NCBI GenBank assembly: GCA_951406725.2 | Contig: OX597831.1 | Coordinates: 40,052,001-40,116,000 of the forward strand | DNA length: 64,000 nt | Reading direction: 5' to 3' | Source of the DNA: Octopus vulgaris | Taxonomy: Eukaryota | In this document: positions 40,529 to 55,153 of the stretch, in pieces | Position numbering within the stretch: position 1 is the first letter of the stretch | Layout of the letters: each line of letters begins with the position of its first letter | Position numbers and translations under genes: made by a program | Notes under the pieces: generated by a model | What the model was told of the DNA's origin: nothing | Databases searched by the model: none | Seen by the model: the letters and a program-made list of their open reading frames with translations, nothing else

Positions 40529-41398
40529 GTTATTATTAAATTGCTGTGCTGGCAGAAGCGTTAGCATGCCAGGCGTAATGCTTTGCAGCATTTCATCACA
40601 CTTCAAATTCTCCTGAGGTCAACTTTACCTTTCATCCCTTCGGGGGTGATAAACTAAGTACCAGTTGTGTACTGGGGTCAATGTAATTGACTATCCCCTT
40701 CCCTCCAAGTTTCAGGCCTTGTGCCTATAGTAGAAAGGATTATCATTATTATTATTATCATTATTATTATTATTATTGTTATTATTATTATTGAAGGCAG
40801 CAAGCTGGCAGAATCGTTAGCACGCTGGATGAAATTCTTAGCGGTATTTCGCTGGTCTTTACATTCCGAGTCCTTTCAGGGTCAATAAATTAAGTACCAG
40901 TGAAAAACTGGGGTTGATATAATCGACCAATCCCCTCCCCACAAATTTGAGGCCTTGTGCTTCCTCAAATTTGAGGTCAATGCTTAATCACATTTCACCT
41001 GTCTTTACAATCTTGGTTCAAATTCCATCTAGGTCAACTTTGCCTTTTATCCTTTAAGGGTTGATAAAATGAGTATCAGTCCAATACCGAGGTCCATATA
41101 ATTGACTAACCCCCTCCCCTCAAAGTTTCAAGCTTTGTGCCTATCGTAGAATGGGTTGTTATTATTAAGGCAGCGAAAGGCGACAACCTGTCAGAATCAT
41201 TGGCACAACAGGTAAAATGCTGAGTGGTATTACATCCACTTTCACGTTCTGAGTTCAAAAAGTCGCCAAGGTGGACTTTGCCTTTCATCGTTTCGGGGTC
41301 AGTAAATTAAGTACCAGTTGAACACTGGGGTCGATGTAATCGACTAGTCCCCTCCCCCAAAATTTCAGGCCTTTTGCCTTTTGTAGAAGGGATTATTA
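40258..41398 (+). mobile_element. Head-to-tail array of about 5 family B SINEs separated by (ATT)n
   Basis: Repeated GCTGGCAGAA head and TAAGTACCAGT..GGCCTTGTGCC..AGAAAGGATTATT tail. Confidence 0.8.
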
Positions 41399-42083
41399 AG
41401 GCAGAAATGACAATTAAATTTCCCTCAGATCCCATTCTAATCATTTTAAGAAGCGAAAGTACAGATTGGATAATGTAGTCATAGATAAACTATATCAAAA
41501 TAGAAAGAAATGGGATGGTCATGTCTGGAACATCTTTAATTAATATCCAAGGGATGGGATGCTAGACAAGCTAGAAATAGCAGTAAAATTTCCCTAAATC
41601 ACACTCTTATTTTCATAACATACAGAAGTGCTGATAGAATAATGTAGTTCCATATAAACTTTGTCAGGATAAATAAGAATAACGAAGGATGGTCATGGCT
41701 GGAACGCCTCTAATCAATGTCCAGGCCGAGTTAAGGGTTTCAGCAACATCGACGTTCCCTTCATGCAGCATGAATAAACTCATCAATAACATTATCATCG
41801 AAATTGTTGGGTGGCGGATGAAGAAAGAAAATAGGTTTTGATCAATACACAATTACTTCACCACCACCACACACGTCACACATGCTTCCCCCCTCTCTCT
41901 AACGGTCTATCTATCTATCTATCTATCTGCCTATCTATTGCGTCCAATCTTGTTGCATATGTCAGTTAATATGTTTAATGTATTCTGTTTGGTTTTGTTA
42001 AGAAAATTATTACACATTTATATATATATTATTCATTCATATATTTATTTATACACGTATGACTTTCTATCTATCTATCAGTC

Positions 42084-42115
<32 letters not shown>

Positions 42116-42873
42116 GTATGTGTGTATTTGTTTATATATAGATATATGTACGTGTTTGTTTATATATATATATATATGTATGTATATGTATGTGTTTGTT
42201 TATATATGTGTATGTGTATATGTGTTTGTGTATATATGTGTTTGTGTGTGTGTATATATATGTATATATATATCTATATGTATATGTGTGCGTGTTTAAA
42301 TATATATAGATATATATGTGTGTGTGTGTGTGTTTATATATATAGCTATATATACGTGTGTGTGTATGCATATGTTATATGTGTTTATATATGTATGTGT
42401 ATGATGTGGTATGTGTTTATGTATATATGTGTATATTGGTGTGTGTATGTGTAGCTACATAGATATATCGACAAGGTATTTGCTCATTTATACCTTTATA
42501 TATATTAGACATATTTTTACACATACACACCCACATACAAATACATACATACATATATATATATATGTATGTATATATGTGTGTGTGTATATATAATGAC
42601 ATCTCCCATCTTGATGAAAGTGCTGAATAGCAGAGAGAAAGCTGTAATATTATTGAGCAAAAAAAAAAAAATCATAGCATGCTTGAAGAGAGAAAAGTGG
42701 GGGGAAGGGCAGGACAGGGTGGATGCACAGGGGGGGGGGGTAGAGGGAGAGGGGCGAGCAGGTGAGGCAGGGTGGCTGTAGGGGTAGGTGTGCTGTACCC
42801 ATTAAAAAAGCATTTGTGTATAGCGTAATCAAGTTTCCGTGCATATATATTCTTTATATTTATTGCCTTATCA

Positions 42874-42904
<31 letters not shown>

Positions 42905-43244
42905 TATTATTATTTTTATTTTCATTGTTGTTTTTATTGCTTTCTATTTATGCATTTTTTGCGTGTTTTTTGTTGTTCTTTTTTTGGTTCTTTTTTCTTT
43001 TGCTTTTGTTTCTTCAGAATTGCTTCTCCGCTGCCGTCAGTAGGGGTTTTGTTTGGTTGTTTCTGCTTAATGTGTACGCACCACACCTTACCTCTGCACT
43101 CCCCGTTATTATCGATGTGCATACAAGCACAGCAAAAGAGCATTGACATTCGTATGCGTGCGTCGTGCATGTGTGTTGTGTTTGCATTTCGGCATTTATA
43201 CTTACATAAATGCACATTCTATTTATTTATTTTTTATATATATG

Positions 43245-43276
<32 letters not shown>

Positions 43277-43907
43277 TGCATGTGTGCATACACATATATG
43301 CACACATGAATATTTATAGATATGTGTATATGTGTGTGCATGTATACATATATATATATATATATATACATGCACACATACACATGCATTTATGCATACA
43401 GGTGCTGGAGACAATCACATGCTTCGATGCATAAACAGCATGTATGATTATGGTTTTACATAGAGAAATATGGAGAGAGAGAGAGAGCATTCAAGTAGTG
43501 AATTGAAACACTTGTAAGGGTTTATGGTGACATTGGTGGGTGGTGGTTCTGGTTGGGGGTGGGATGAGACTTAGTGTCTCGGCTCTATTGTTTGCAGAAT
43601 CGAAGGTGAGGAGGATCTGAGATACATTCAGTCGGAAAGTATGGATTTAAGTGAGAGACTTACTGCTCTCTCTCCCTCACTCTTTCTCTCTCCTTCACTC
43701 TTTCTCTCTCCCTCACTCTTTCTCTCTCCCTCTCTTTTTCTATCTTTCCCTCTCTTCTCCTTTCTCTCTCCCCTCCCTCCCCCTCTCTCCATCTCTCCTT
43801 CTCACACACAGTTACAGATGCACACATATATACGCATCTTTCCACACTTGAATTCAAAAACCCATGCATATATGCAAATATATACATCCATATATGTGTG
43901 TGTATGA

Positions 43908-43943
<36 letters not shown>

Positions 43944-44094
43944 ATGTGTATACACACACACACACATACACACAGATGATCTTTTGTAAGACTTTAGATG
44001 GTTGACATGACCAGTCTTCAAAAGAAATAAACAACCACATTTTTCAGACCTCTAGCAATTTATGTCCTCACTGAGGTTCTGACAAAAACCCCGC

Positions 44095-44555
44095 TGAAAC
44101 TAGCAATGTAGGCTTTTGTGCTCAAGGCAACCCTCTTCAAAAGATTTGCAGCATTCCTTTATCTGTTCCCTCCTCTTAGCTCTTTCTAAAGTTTTTTTTA
44201 GTTCTTCCCAGTTTTTAGAATTTTTTTTTACATTGTACTGCAGTTCCTTCAGGATGCTTTCTAAGCAGTCTTTGTATGTTTTTTGTAGTTTGTGTTGAGG
44301 ACACTTTCCAGTGGAAAGGGCCTGCAAGTTGATTTCAGGTGTCAAGAGACCCATAGCGATCCACTGGAATCATGTCTCACAAAGCAATCCAGTCATTCCA
44401 GTGAAAGTTACAAAATCTCGTCTGTCACCCAAGCTACAAACCCATGCAGGCCTGCAAGTGGCACTGAATAGTCTTCTGAGAGGTCATAAGTGGAATGTCG
44501 GAAATTCCATTGATAACGAGGAAGCTAAGAGACACAGCAATCATCTGTGAAGATG
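44095..44555 (-). mobile_element. Decayed RTE-clade LINE ORF fragment
   Basis: LSTGKCPQHKLQKTYKDCLESILK...WEEL...FEEG matches the RTE GKR..YKD..LK..WE pattern. A FTDDC-like stretch lies upstream. Confidence 0.55.
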
Positions 44556-44940
44556 AAGTAATCAGCATATAGATAGATAGACCGGCAGATATGCACACGT
44601 GCGCATGCACACACGCTGTTAATGGTAAGATCCTGATGGAAATATGTCCATCACAGTGATAAATGTTATGTCGGTTTTGAATCTTCATTCTTTTATCTTT
44701 TACTTGATTCACTCATTTGACTGTGGCCATACTGGGGCACACCTAGAAGGGTTTGGTTGAACAAATCAACCCCAGTCCTTTTTTATTTTTGTTTTTAAAT
44801 TCTGATGCTTATTATTTTTATATAAGAAACATTTGGAAATTTTAACAAACACAATTCTTTAATCTTTTATGTCTTAACTCTCCCTCACTTTCTCTCTCTT
44901 TCTCCCTCTGCATTTATGTGAGTGCATGTATATATAAAAG

Positions 44941-45140
44941 GTCTGCTGAGCTGGAGGAGAAAAGACGACGACGGAAGGAGCGCCAACAACAACCACGTGC
45001 GACTCTCCCTTCCGGCACTAGATGTCCGCACTGTGACCGATCTTTTCAAGCAAGAATTGGTCTTATCGGTCACCTACGGACTCACCAGTAAATTTGCGCA
45101 AAAACCATCATCCTCGACCTTGAGGGATTGCCATCATCAT
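44941..45140 (+). mobile_element. RTE-clade LINE 3' end (second RTE family)
   Basis: AELEEKRRRRKERQQQ...CPHCDRSFQARIGLIGHLRTHQ* (RTE terminal CCHH motif), short UTR, (CAT)n tail. Confidence 0.85.
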
Positions 45141-45152
45141 ATATATATATAT

Positions 45153-45313
45153 GTGCAGGAGTGGCTGTATAGTAAGCAGCTTGCTTCCCAGCCACATGGT
45201 TCCAGGTTCAGTCCTACAGCTTGGCACCTTGGGCAAGTGTCTTCTACTATAGCCTCAGGCTGACCAAAGCCTTACGAGTGGATTTGGTAGATGGAAAACT
45301 GAAAAAAAGCCCG

Positions 45314-45366
<53 letters not shown>

Positions 45367-45575
45367 TGTGTGTGTCTGTGTTTGTCTTCCCAACATTGCT
45401 TAACAACTGTTGCTGGTGTGTTTACAGCCCCATCACCTAGCTGTTCAGCAAAAGAGACTGATAGAATAAGTACTAGGCTAGCAAAGATTAAGTCCTGGGG
45501 TTGATTTGCTTGACTGAAGGCGGTGCTCCAGCATAGTCACAGTCAAATGGCTGAAGCAAATAAAAGAAAAAGAAT
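45153..45575 (+). mobile_element. SINE family A copy
   Basis: Colinear with family A. Confidence 0.85.
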
Positions 45576-47259
45576 ATATGTGGGATGGAGGTCTGCCGAC
45601 CACTTTAAGCAGCACTGATTTACTAGCAAAACTATGGCTTTGAAAAGAATTAGGGTTTTCATCTAAAAGAGTCTGTGACAGATTTGAAAAATTTACCCAA
45701 AGCAAACAAAGAATCAGAAGCCGTTATGGTAGCTCTTTGCAGTAAATGCTTGCTTCTAAAGAACTTAGTGAACTCTGCAAAATGCACCTAAGGACCAGGT
45801 GATGGTGTTAAAACTAAGTGTCATATTTGGCTTTTACATTATCTCCCTTCACTTCTCTCTCTCTCCCTCCCTTTCTCTCTCTCTCTCTCTCTCTCTGTCT
45901 ATCTATCTATTTATCTATCTGTGTATCTGTCTCTCATACATATTCATGAAGTAATAACTTGTTTATTGTATGAATTAACTGACCAGTGTCTCTTGGAAGT
46001 ATATTTGCATAAGGCCTGCGTTTCTAGATCATTAGAGATGAATAATTAATTAGGGAGCGTGTATATCTCTGTGTGTTTGTACAGATGTGTGTGTGTATAC
46101 ATACATGTATATATATGATGTGGCTGTGGGGTTAAGATGTTTTGTTTTTTTCTCCAACCATGTGGTTCAGGTTCTATCCCACTGTATGGCACCTTGGCCA
46201 AGTGGATTCAGTGGATGGAGACTGTGTGGAAACCTGTTGTACTGTGTGTGTATAATTCCATCTTATCACCCAAAATAAGCACACATCATCATCATCATCA
46301 GGTGTTAAGTTTATGCCTGTAAATATATATGTGTGTGTTTGTATATGAATGCACATACTGTCAGGCACATATACAAATACATAAATCAGAAGAATTATTG
46401 TTGTTGCTGTTGTCTCTGACAGTGTCTGGCATCGGTAATCTAGCAATTGCTTTTGGTGTCAGAGGAAACCTTTTGAGTTCTGGTTTTATGGTTTTATGTT
46501 CTCTCCAAGGACAAGGGTCACAGTTCAAGTTCTGGTGAACAAATGTCATTGCCTCCTCTTCTTCATCTCTTTTCTTTTTTCTTCTTCTGTTTTTATTGTA
46601 CTTCTCCTCCTCATCATCATCATCATCATCTTCAGCAGATGGCCCTAGTTTCTCTTCCCACTTGGAACCAATTCCCTTTCATTTAGCTTTCTAGATTCTT
46701 GCCTTTCGTTTAGCCTTCTATAATTATTGAGATTAGTACCAGCCATGCACTCATCATCATCATCATCGTTTAACATCTGCCTTCCATGCTGGCATGGGTT
46801 GGATAGTTTGGCAGGGGTCGGTCAGGCAGAAGCCTGTACTATGCTTCTGTGTCTGTTTTGGCACAATTCTTATGGCTGAATGCTCTTCCTGACACAAACT
46901 ACTCCAGAGTGGGCTGAGTGCTTTTTACTTCGCAGCAGCACAGGTGAGGTCTTCTTCAGAGATGGTTTTTACAGCTGGATGCCCTTCCAAATGCCAACCA
47001 CTTTACAGTGGGCCCCTGCACTTTAAGTAGCACCTGCTCTGACAGGATCACCAAGTAACTTTGCCAGACAAGGAATCTTTGAGAGTGGAGAGGTGACAGA
47101 TGATGAATGGTTAAAGCAGTGTTTCTCAATCATTTTACCTTTGCGTAACTCTTGAAATAAATTACTTGTCTCAAGGAACCCCTGCACAATAAAAATTATA
47201 TACCATATCTTTCTCATATTTTTTCCATCATAGTTCACATGGTATGTATAATAATAATA

Positions 47260-47890
47260 ATCCTTTCTACTAAAGGCACAAAGCCTGGACTTTTGTGTGG
47301 TGGGGCTCAGTCAATTGCATCGACCCCAATACTCGAATGGTACTTTATTGACCCCGAAAGGATGAAAGGCAAAGTCGACCTCGGAGGGATTTGAACCCAG
47401 AGTGTAGCGACTGGTGAAATACCACAAAGTATTCCGTCCAGCGTACTAACAATTCTGCCAGCTCGCTGCATTCAGTGATAGTAATAATAATAGTAATGAT
47501 CTTTTCTACTCTAGGCACAAGGCCTGAAATTTGGGGGGAGAGGGGGCAGTCGATTAGATTGACCCCAGCATGCAACAGATACTTAATTTAGGACCCCCAA
47601 AAGACAGGCAAAGTCGACCTTGGCAGAATTTGAACCCAGAATGTAAACACAAATGAAATACCTATTTCTTTACTACCCACAAGGGGCTAAACACAGAGAG
47701 GACAAACAAGGACAGACAAACAGATTAAGTCGATTATATTGACCCCAGTGCGTAACTGGTACTTATTTATTCGACCCCGAAAGGATGAAAGGCAAAGCCG
47801 ACCTCGGCGTAATTTGAACTCAGAAAGTAACGGCAGATGAAATACGGCTACGCATTTCGCCCGGCATACTAATGATTTTGCTAGCTCGCC
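47260..47890 (-). mobile_element. Tandem of about 3 family B SINEs
   Basis: GACCCCGAAAGGATGAAAGGCAAAGTCGACC repeated. Confidence 0.8.
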
Positions 47891-48344
47891 ACATTATAAT
47901 AATAATAGTAATAATAATAATGATAATAATTATCATTGTTTTTACCATTATGCGGGGCTCTTTTCTTTACTTTGAGCGTTTCAATGCTTCTAAATAGAAA
48001 TTACTTGCAAAAACCAATAAGACAGGAAGTGGATGCAAATGACCGCTTGTGAATGTGTATGAGCAAATCAATATCTATGAGTTTGTGGTGTACGTCAGTG
48101 TCTTGTGAGTGTGTGTATGTGTGAATGAATACCCATATTGTGTAAATGTCCCTGAATGTGTGTGTATGTGGGACGGGAGGGCGTCATCGTTTAGTGACAT
48201 GTTTTTTTGTTCTTTTTTTGTGTGATCTTAACGTATCTATATATGTATATATAAATTATATAAACATATATACATATACATACAGACACTCATCTATACA
48301 TAGACATACATGCGTATACATATATGTATGTGTGTGTGTGTATG

Positions 48345-48385
<41 letters not shown>

Positions 48386-49419
48386 TGCATATAATATATG
48401 TATGTATTCATATGTATATATGTGTGTGTGTATAGATGTATATATGTTTATACATGAGTGCAAATGAATATGGGTATGTATGCATGTGTTCTTGTATATA
48501 TATTTATATATATATATACATATATATGTATGGAAGCTTATACATGTATACATGTGTGTGTATGTGTATACACACACACACACACAAACATATCCACATA
48601 GATAGTTATTATCATTGGGGTCTTATTCACTTAGTGCAAATAAGTACCTAAGTGTTACTACTTATTGTTCTTTCTCTCTGCTATTGATCTGATGTTGTTG
48701 TTGTTGTCCACACTATTGCAGTTACTGCTCTTTTAGTGCCTTTTGTTCTTCTTCTTCTTGTCATACTTGCTACATTGTCGATTAGTTCTGGTTTGTCATC
48801 TTTATTGAACCTAACCTAACCTATAACAGACGGCACAGGCTAAAAAGAATCCATAATCTTAGGTAATTCATATTCGTATCTGTGTGCAGCAGTCAGTCCA
48901 CAGGAGAGGTCACAGGAGAGTGTTATATGCATTATACTGTGTAACAATATTTTTTTTTCTTTTTGTCTCTGGTGAGTGTTTTTCCCTATTTGCTTCTATT
49001 TAGAAATCAAAGGAAATAACAAGTATTCTCTTCAAACTTTGCTTTTGCAAACTGGACATCAATGTTTTGAAACTCATCTATTTTCCATTACATTTCACAC
49101 AGATTCAGCGCTGAGTTGCTGAAGCAGAAATATCGTTATAGCAAATATTCTGCTCAATAGCACAGATTTGCTTGTCAGTTGATTGACCATAACCAGTTGA
49201 GCATGTCCCTTAGTGGCTGACGATATGTACATCTCTGATCACGAGCAGAAGTAGTGGGGGAGCATCATAGCCATGTGTTGAGAGGGATTCTTTGGGATTT
49301 AAATGACTGTAACAAAGGCAAAGTTTTAAGGAAATATTAGTCATTTTTCATATTTTTTAGATGTAAGGAAATAGGAAATAACTGTTGCTACCCAAGGACA
49401 AAAATCATCATTGCTTTAA

Positions 49420-49640
49420 CCCTTTCATTACTGTATTTATTTTGAGATGTTCTGTATTTCTTTCAATTACTTTAAATATAACTAAGAATTTAATAAAATA
49501 ACTTAATTATTATTCAGCTAGTGTTAGGAACATAAATTTTGACTATGGGTTTGGGGTAAGATTTTAATTCAAAACTTATGGAAACAAGATATTTGTACTC
49601 AGAGCCAGAGCAGGTTTTAGCCAGGTTGGTAACAAAAGGG
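49420..49640. mobile_element. piggyBac-like MITE
   Basis: TTAA|CCCTTTCATTAC ... GTAACAAAAGGG|TTAA. Confidence 0.6.
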
Positions 49641-50157
49641 TTAATGTCCAATTTTCCATATTTGCCCAGGTGAGATGAAATTCACCAAGGCAGATAAGAC
49701 AGATTTTTCTATGGCTGGGTGATGTTCCTGTCACCAACCCTCACCTGTTTCCATAGAATATTGGAAATGAAGGACACTGCTTGTATGATGGTGATGCTTG
49801 TTTACAGCTGTCGCTTGATGTCAAGGCAAGGATGCAAGCACAAACACAGACACGTACATATACATATTTGCTCATATACACATTAACATGCACATACTAT
49901 GGACCTCTTTCAACCTGCAACTGTGAGACCCACTTGCAAGGTCCCAGCTAGCCTTTGGTTGGCTCAAGGCTATAGTAGAAGATACTTGCCCAAGGTGACA
50001 CGCAGTGGGACTGAACCTGGGACCATGTGGTTGGTAAGCAAGCTTTTTACCACACAGCCACTCCTGTGCCTGTTTGTGAGTGTGTATCATATGTATGTGT
50101 GTATATCTGAAAAAACTGGAAATCATTTAAATTAGATCAAGGCTATATCTCTTTTTT

Positions 50158-50553
50158 TTTTTACTTGTTTCAGTCATTTTGACTGCGGCCATGCTGGAGC
50201 ACCGCCTTTGATCGAACAACTCGACCCCGGAACTTATTCTTTGTAAGCCCAGTACTTATTCTATCGGTCTCTTTTGCAGAACCGCTAAGTGACGGGGACA
50301 TAAACACACCAGCATCGGTTGTCAAGCAATGCTAGGGGGGCAAACACAGACACACAAACATACACGCACATACATATATATACATATATACGACAGGCTT
50401 CTTTCAGTTTCCGTCTACCAAATCCACTCACAAGGCTTTGGTCGGCCCGAGGCTATAGTAGAAGACACTTGCCCAAGGTGCCACGCAGTGGGACTGAACC
50501 CAGAACCATGTGGTTGGTAAACAAGCTACTTACCACACAGTCACTCCTGCACC
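50158..50553 (-). mobile_element. SINE family A, full length, near consensus
   Basis: Reverse complement of 29550-29949. Confidence 0.9.
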
Positions 50554-51119
50554 TATGTATATATATACACTTATATTCTTTCATTAGCTCAGCATATGTT
50601 TTTCCATGCTAGCATGGGTTGTATGAGATTATTTGAGGTAGGATTTTACAGCCAGTCTTAGTACATCTAGGACTACATAATCCAATGTTTATACCTCTTT
50701 TTCTTTCTAAAATAGTTGCAAGTGGTGGAGGGAGGGAGAGATTAGTCTACTATTTCAGGCATGCCATGTGACTATATCAAACAGACACCCACCCCAATTT
50801 CTCCTCGCAGTGTCTGAGAAGAGGTGGGGGTGAAGTTGAAGAAAAACTTTGATGGATAGGTCAGCTATGGCCCATTGTTTGTCATCACCACCATTGTCAT
50901 CAGTGCATTGGTGTCCTTGGTGGTTTCTTTTTTCCTTTGTCGTTTTTAATTAATTGATTGCTGCTGCAAATGTGTGTGTGTATGTATGTGTGTGTGTGCA
51001 GATGCTGCAATATGTGAAGTGATGTAAAGCAACTCAACCAAAACAACCAGCTTTCTGGGTGCAAAGGTTTGCCAATTCCCATACATGCTTTTGAGGGAAT
51101 GGGCCCAGGGATGATAATG

Positions 51120-51598
51120 ATTGTGGTGGTGGTGGTGGTGGTGGTGGTGGTGGCGGCGGCGGCGGCTTTGATGATGGTGGTGGTGGTGATGATGATGGCA
51201 GTAATATTGGATCAGTGGCGCTGTTCCAAGTGCTAGTAGGATCGGCTGATGGTATGATGGTGGTGGGGAGGGCACTTCAAGCTTTGACTTGTGTTGTGAG
51301 AGGCGAAAGTGGTCTATATCTATGGTGACAATTACAGCAGAGGCTGTGGTAGTAATAATGGTGGTGGTAGTGGTATTGTTGCTGCTGCTGCTGATGATGA
51401 TGATGTAGAAGAGAAGGAGGTAGTATAGAGAATGGAGTTGACTAATTCATTTCTGACCACCACCACCACTACTACTGCTACTAATTTCTACTATTATCAC
51501 CACTTCTAATACTACTGCCACCACTACCATCACTGCTACTCCGCCTCCTACTACTACTATCACCACTTCTAATACTACTGCCATCACTACCATCACTG

Positions 51599-51629
<31 letters not shown>

Positions 51630-51745
51630 CACCACTTCTAATACTACTGCCACCACTACCTCACTGCTATTCCTCTTACTACTACCACCACCAATTTTTA
51701 CTGCCACCACTACTACTACCACCACTACCACTTCTATCTAATACT
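51120..51745. repeat. Compound (GGT)n/(ACT/ACC)n low-complexity tract with a ~62-68 bp unit repeated 3 times
   Basis: ATCACCACTTCTAATACTACTGCCA occurs three times. Confidence 0.8.
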
Positions 51746-52379
51746 ACTGCTGCTCTGCCTTCAGCCAGGAGGGTTTTCCAGCCTTTCTGTCTACAGCTGA
51801 CTATGTCCAAGAGTTTGACTTTTCCATCTCCAAGAGTTTCACAGACTCCGAACTAGAAGGGGTTCTCACTTAATGAAAATGGAATATTTCCGAAACCATT
51901 CGAGATAACAGTTCTGTACACCCTACGAACATCACCACCAACAACAACAACACTCCCTTCAGAACTACCAAAATCGCCGCCACCGCCGCCATCATCTTTG
52001 CTGCCACCACCACCACCATCCCTACCGCTGCCAGTATTGCTTTCAGAACAACCAAAACCCAATTTCCCCATTGTTTTCCTACACTTGAGTGGGGTGGGCA
52101 AAGGGTCCAGGGAGAAAATAGAGAGTCAGTCAATCAGGATCTGCAGTTGGTTTATTGAAATTTTTATTCATGTCGACAGTTTTTTTTTTCTTCTTCTTCT
52201 TCTTCTATCTTCGCTTCCATTGCACACTCCGTGGCTCCTTGCATGCAATCACCAACATGCAAACTTGCAAATACACATGCATACACACACTTACATACAC
52301 TCACATGCGCACACACACACACACGCACACACCTATCTTGTTTAATTTCACTTCTCTTGTGTTCTTCATATCTGATCTG

Positions 52380-53300
52380 TCTACTTTCTCTGCCCCCTCT
52401 TTTTCTCTCTCTCTCTCTCCATCTTCATCTGTTTCTCTGTCCATTGCTCTCTCTATCCCCTCTTCTATGTTTCCATGCACCCCCTCTCTCCATCTTCTCA
52501 TTTTTCTCTGCTCTTATCTCTTTCTCTCGTTCCTTCCCCCTTGCTTCCATGCCCTTTTCTCTCTCTCTCTCTCTCTCGTTTCCATGCCCCCCCTTCTCTC
52601 TCATCATTTCTCTACTCATACTTCCTCCCTTCCTCCTTGCCTGTCTCTACTCTCTCTTTTCTCACTCCTCTCCCCTCATCTCTCACACGCTTTCCTCATA
52701 TCACCCACTTCCTTATCCTCCGTTGCTTCTGGCCTTTCTACTAAGAACAGACATCTCTCTTTTTCTGTCCACTTTGTCTCCCCTCCAAGACAATAAATAC
52801 TACAGACCAGACCCAACCAGATCCGACCAAAACCTGACCAGACAGAAACCAAGAAAGTAGCCATGCCAATTTTTCATCAGCGTAATGGATAAAAAGAAGT
52901 CATTTATTTTCTTTTTCTATTTTTCATTTACTAATTGTTATTGATAATTAATACTTAATTAGTTTGGTGGGCTTTTGTATTCCCCCCACCCCCTCATTTG
53001 TTCTACTCCTTCGTATCATTCTGCCATCTCTCTCTCTCTCCCTCTCTCTCATTTTCCTGTCCACTTACTCTTGTTCTCTCCTCCCCCTACCTTTTCTATT
53101 TCTTTCCATCTATTAGAACTTCTTGCTCTCTTCTCTTCTATCTCCCCATCTCTCCTCTCTCTCTCCATCTATCCCCTCTCTCCTGGTCCGGTCTCTCCTC
53201 TCCCGATTTCTCCTCTCTCTCTCCCCCTATCCTCTCTCCCATCTCTCCTCTCCCCCTCTCTTTCTTTCCTCTTCCCTCAACCCCTTCCTCCACTGTCTCA
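52380..53300. repeat. Long CT-rich polypyrimidine tracts
   Basis: Composition seen directly. Confidence 0.85.
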
Positions 53301-53655
53301 TCATTACAGTATCATTATACCAACATTCGTGACAAAATAAATCACATGACGAGAGAAGAATTCAGTCATCAACAACAACAACAACACTTATAATATTAAT
53401 GATGATTTCAAATTTTTGTCCCAAGGCCAGTTATTTCAGAGGAGAGGATAAGTTGATTACATCGACCTCAGTATTCAACTGGTATTTATTTTATCAACCC
53501 CCTAAAGGATGAAAGGCAAAGCTGACCTTGACGGAAATTGATCTCAGAACATAAAGACAAATAAAATGCCACTTAGCATTTTGCCTGGCATGCTAACAGT
53601 TCTGCCAGTTCGCTGCTTTAATAATAATAAGAAGAAGAAGAACAACAACAACAAC

Positions 53656-54012
53656 AAGAGCACTCAGAGAGCGCAAACATCCGCCAAGGCAACACCAACA
53701 TCCTCTCAACAATTAGCTGGAGATGATTTTTAAAATGAGAATATCTGAAATAAACTTGACTGCTCTCACAAATGAGAATACTAAAAATGAACCTGACCAC
53801 TCTCAAAAATAAAAAAAAAAAAAGCAGGAAAAATAATCCAGAATCTTTGTCCGGTACCGGATTGATCCCAGAGTCTAATCAGTTTGTGCTTGTCACAAGG
53901 TGAAACATAGCTGAAAGTTTCATCTGAATCCATCCAGTTGTTCTTGAGATATCTTATCCACAGACAAAAAAACAAACCAACAACCTCTGCCTTCGCAAAG
54001 GTGGAGGTAATA
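53656..54012 (-). mobile_element. HINE/DINE-like element, second copy
   Basis: Colinear with 26761-27134. Confidence 0.55.
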
Positions 54013-55153
54013 ATCCTTTCTACTGGAGGCACAAAGCCTCAGATTTCTGGGGATGGGACTAGTTGATTACATCGACCCCACCCCCCACGTCTGACTGGTA
54101 CTTAATTTATCGACAGTGAAAGGATGAAAGGTAAAGTCAACCCTGACGGAATTTGAACTCAGAAGAACGGTACAGCTATTCTTAGTTTGCTTGGGGAAAA
54201 TCGGTGTGTGTGGGGGGGTTATTTTCTTCTTTCCCTTTTTTGGTTTTTCTTTTACTTGTTTCAGTCATTTGACTGCGGCCATGCTGGAGCACTACCTTTA
54301 GTTGAACACACACACACATATATACGACGGACGTCTTTCAGTTTCCATCTACCACATCCTCTCACAAGGCTTTGGTCAGCTTGAGACTATAGTAGAAGAC
54401 ATTTACCAAAGGTGTGACGCAGTGGGACTGAACCTGGAACGATGTGGTTGGGAAGCAAGCTTCTTACCACACAGCCACTCTCCTGCATCTTACTTATTTT
54501 TTAATTTCAATATTTCTGGTTACGAAGAAACCCAATCCTTACATCAAACATGTGACCACATAGCAGTCATGGAGAGTGGTGTAAGGCTTGGAGTTGATAC
54601 ATTTTCCATCCTTGTTGTTCGTTTGTCCTCATTATTTCTGCGACATTCCTTCCCAAAAAACAATTTATCTGCTGTTCATTCATTCTACTTTATACATTCT
54701 TGTATTTAATAAACTTGCACCCAATTCTATTATAAACAGTGATTGTCCGTTCGTTTTAAGTTTTTATTTGTCTTTTTGGGGGTTTTGCTTTTTGTTTTGT
54801 TGCCCATGCTTGCATGGGGGTGGACAAATATTTATTTGAGGCATTCTTTTACACCCAGATGTCTTTCTTAATGCTAATCCTTACATTCCCTCTTTTTTAC
54901 CTCATGTGAGGGTTCTCTTATTCTACACGACCTCAAAGCCACCGAGTGTGCAAATAACAATATTGCCCGCTGCATTTTTGTGCAAGCAATTGCAGATGTA
55001 ACATTCACACACACACACACACACAAAAGAATAATAAGAGAACAGTCAACTTAATATGGGGAGTGGGAAATCCAACATTCCAGACAGTCCTTCAAGTCAG
55101 CAGGAGAAACGATAAAGAGAGACAGCAGATTTTACATTTTCTCTCTCTCTCTC

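Noticed and set aside
42698-42790. G-quadruplex-prone G-rich tract
   Set aside because: The G-runs are real, but they are common in this low-complexity background and have no functional context.
45075-45091. Host C2H2 zinc-finger gene exon (HLRTH)
   Set aside because: The context (RIGLxxHxRTH, immediate stop, (CAT)n tail) is the RTE LINE terminus.
48830-48862. Possible 33 nt poison exon (CAG|ACG...TAA..TAG|GTAATT)
   Set aside because: There is no polypyrimidine tract, and such AG/GT pairs are expected by chance in 46 kb. It needs RNA evidence.
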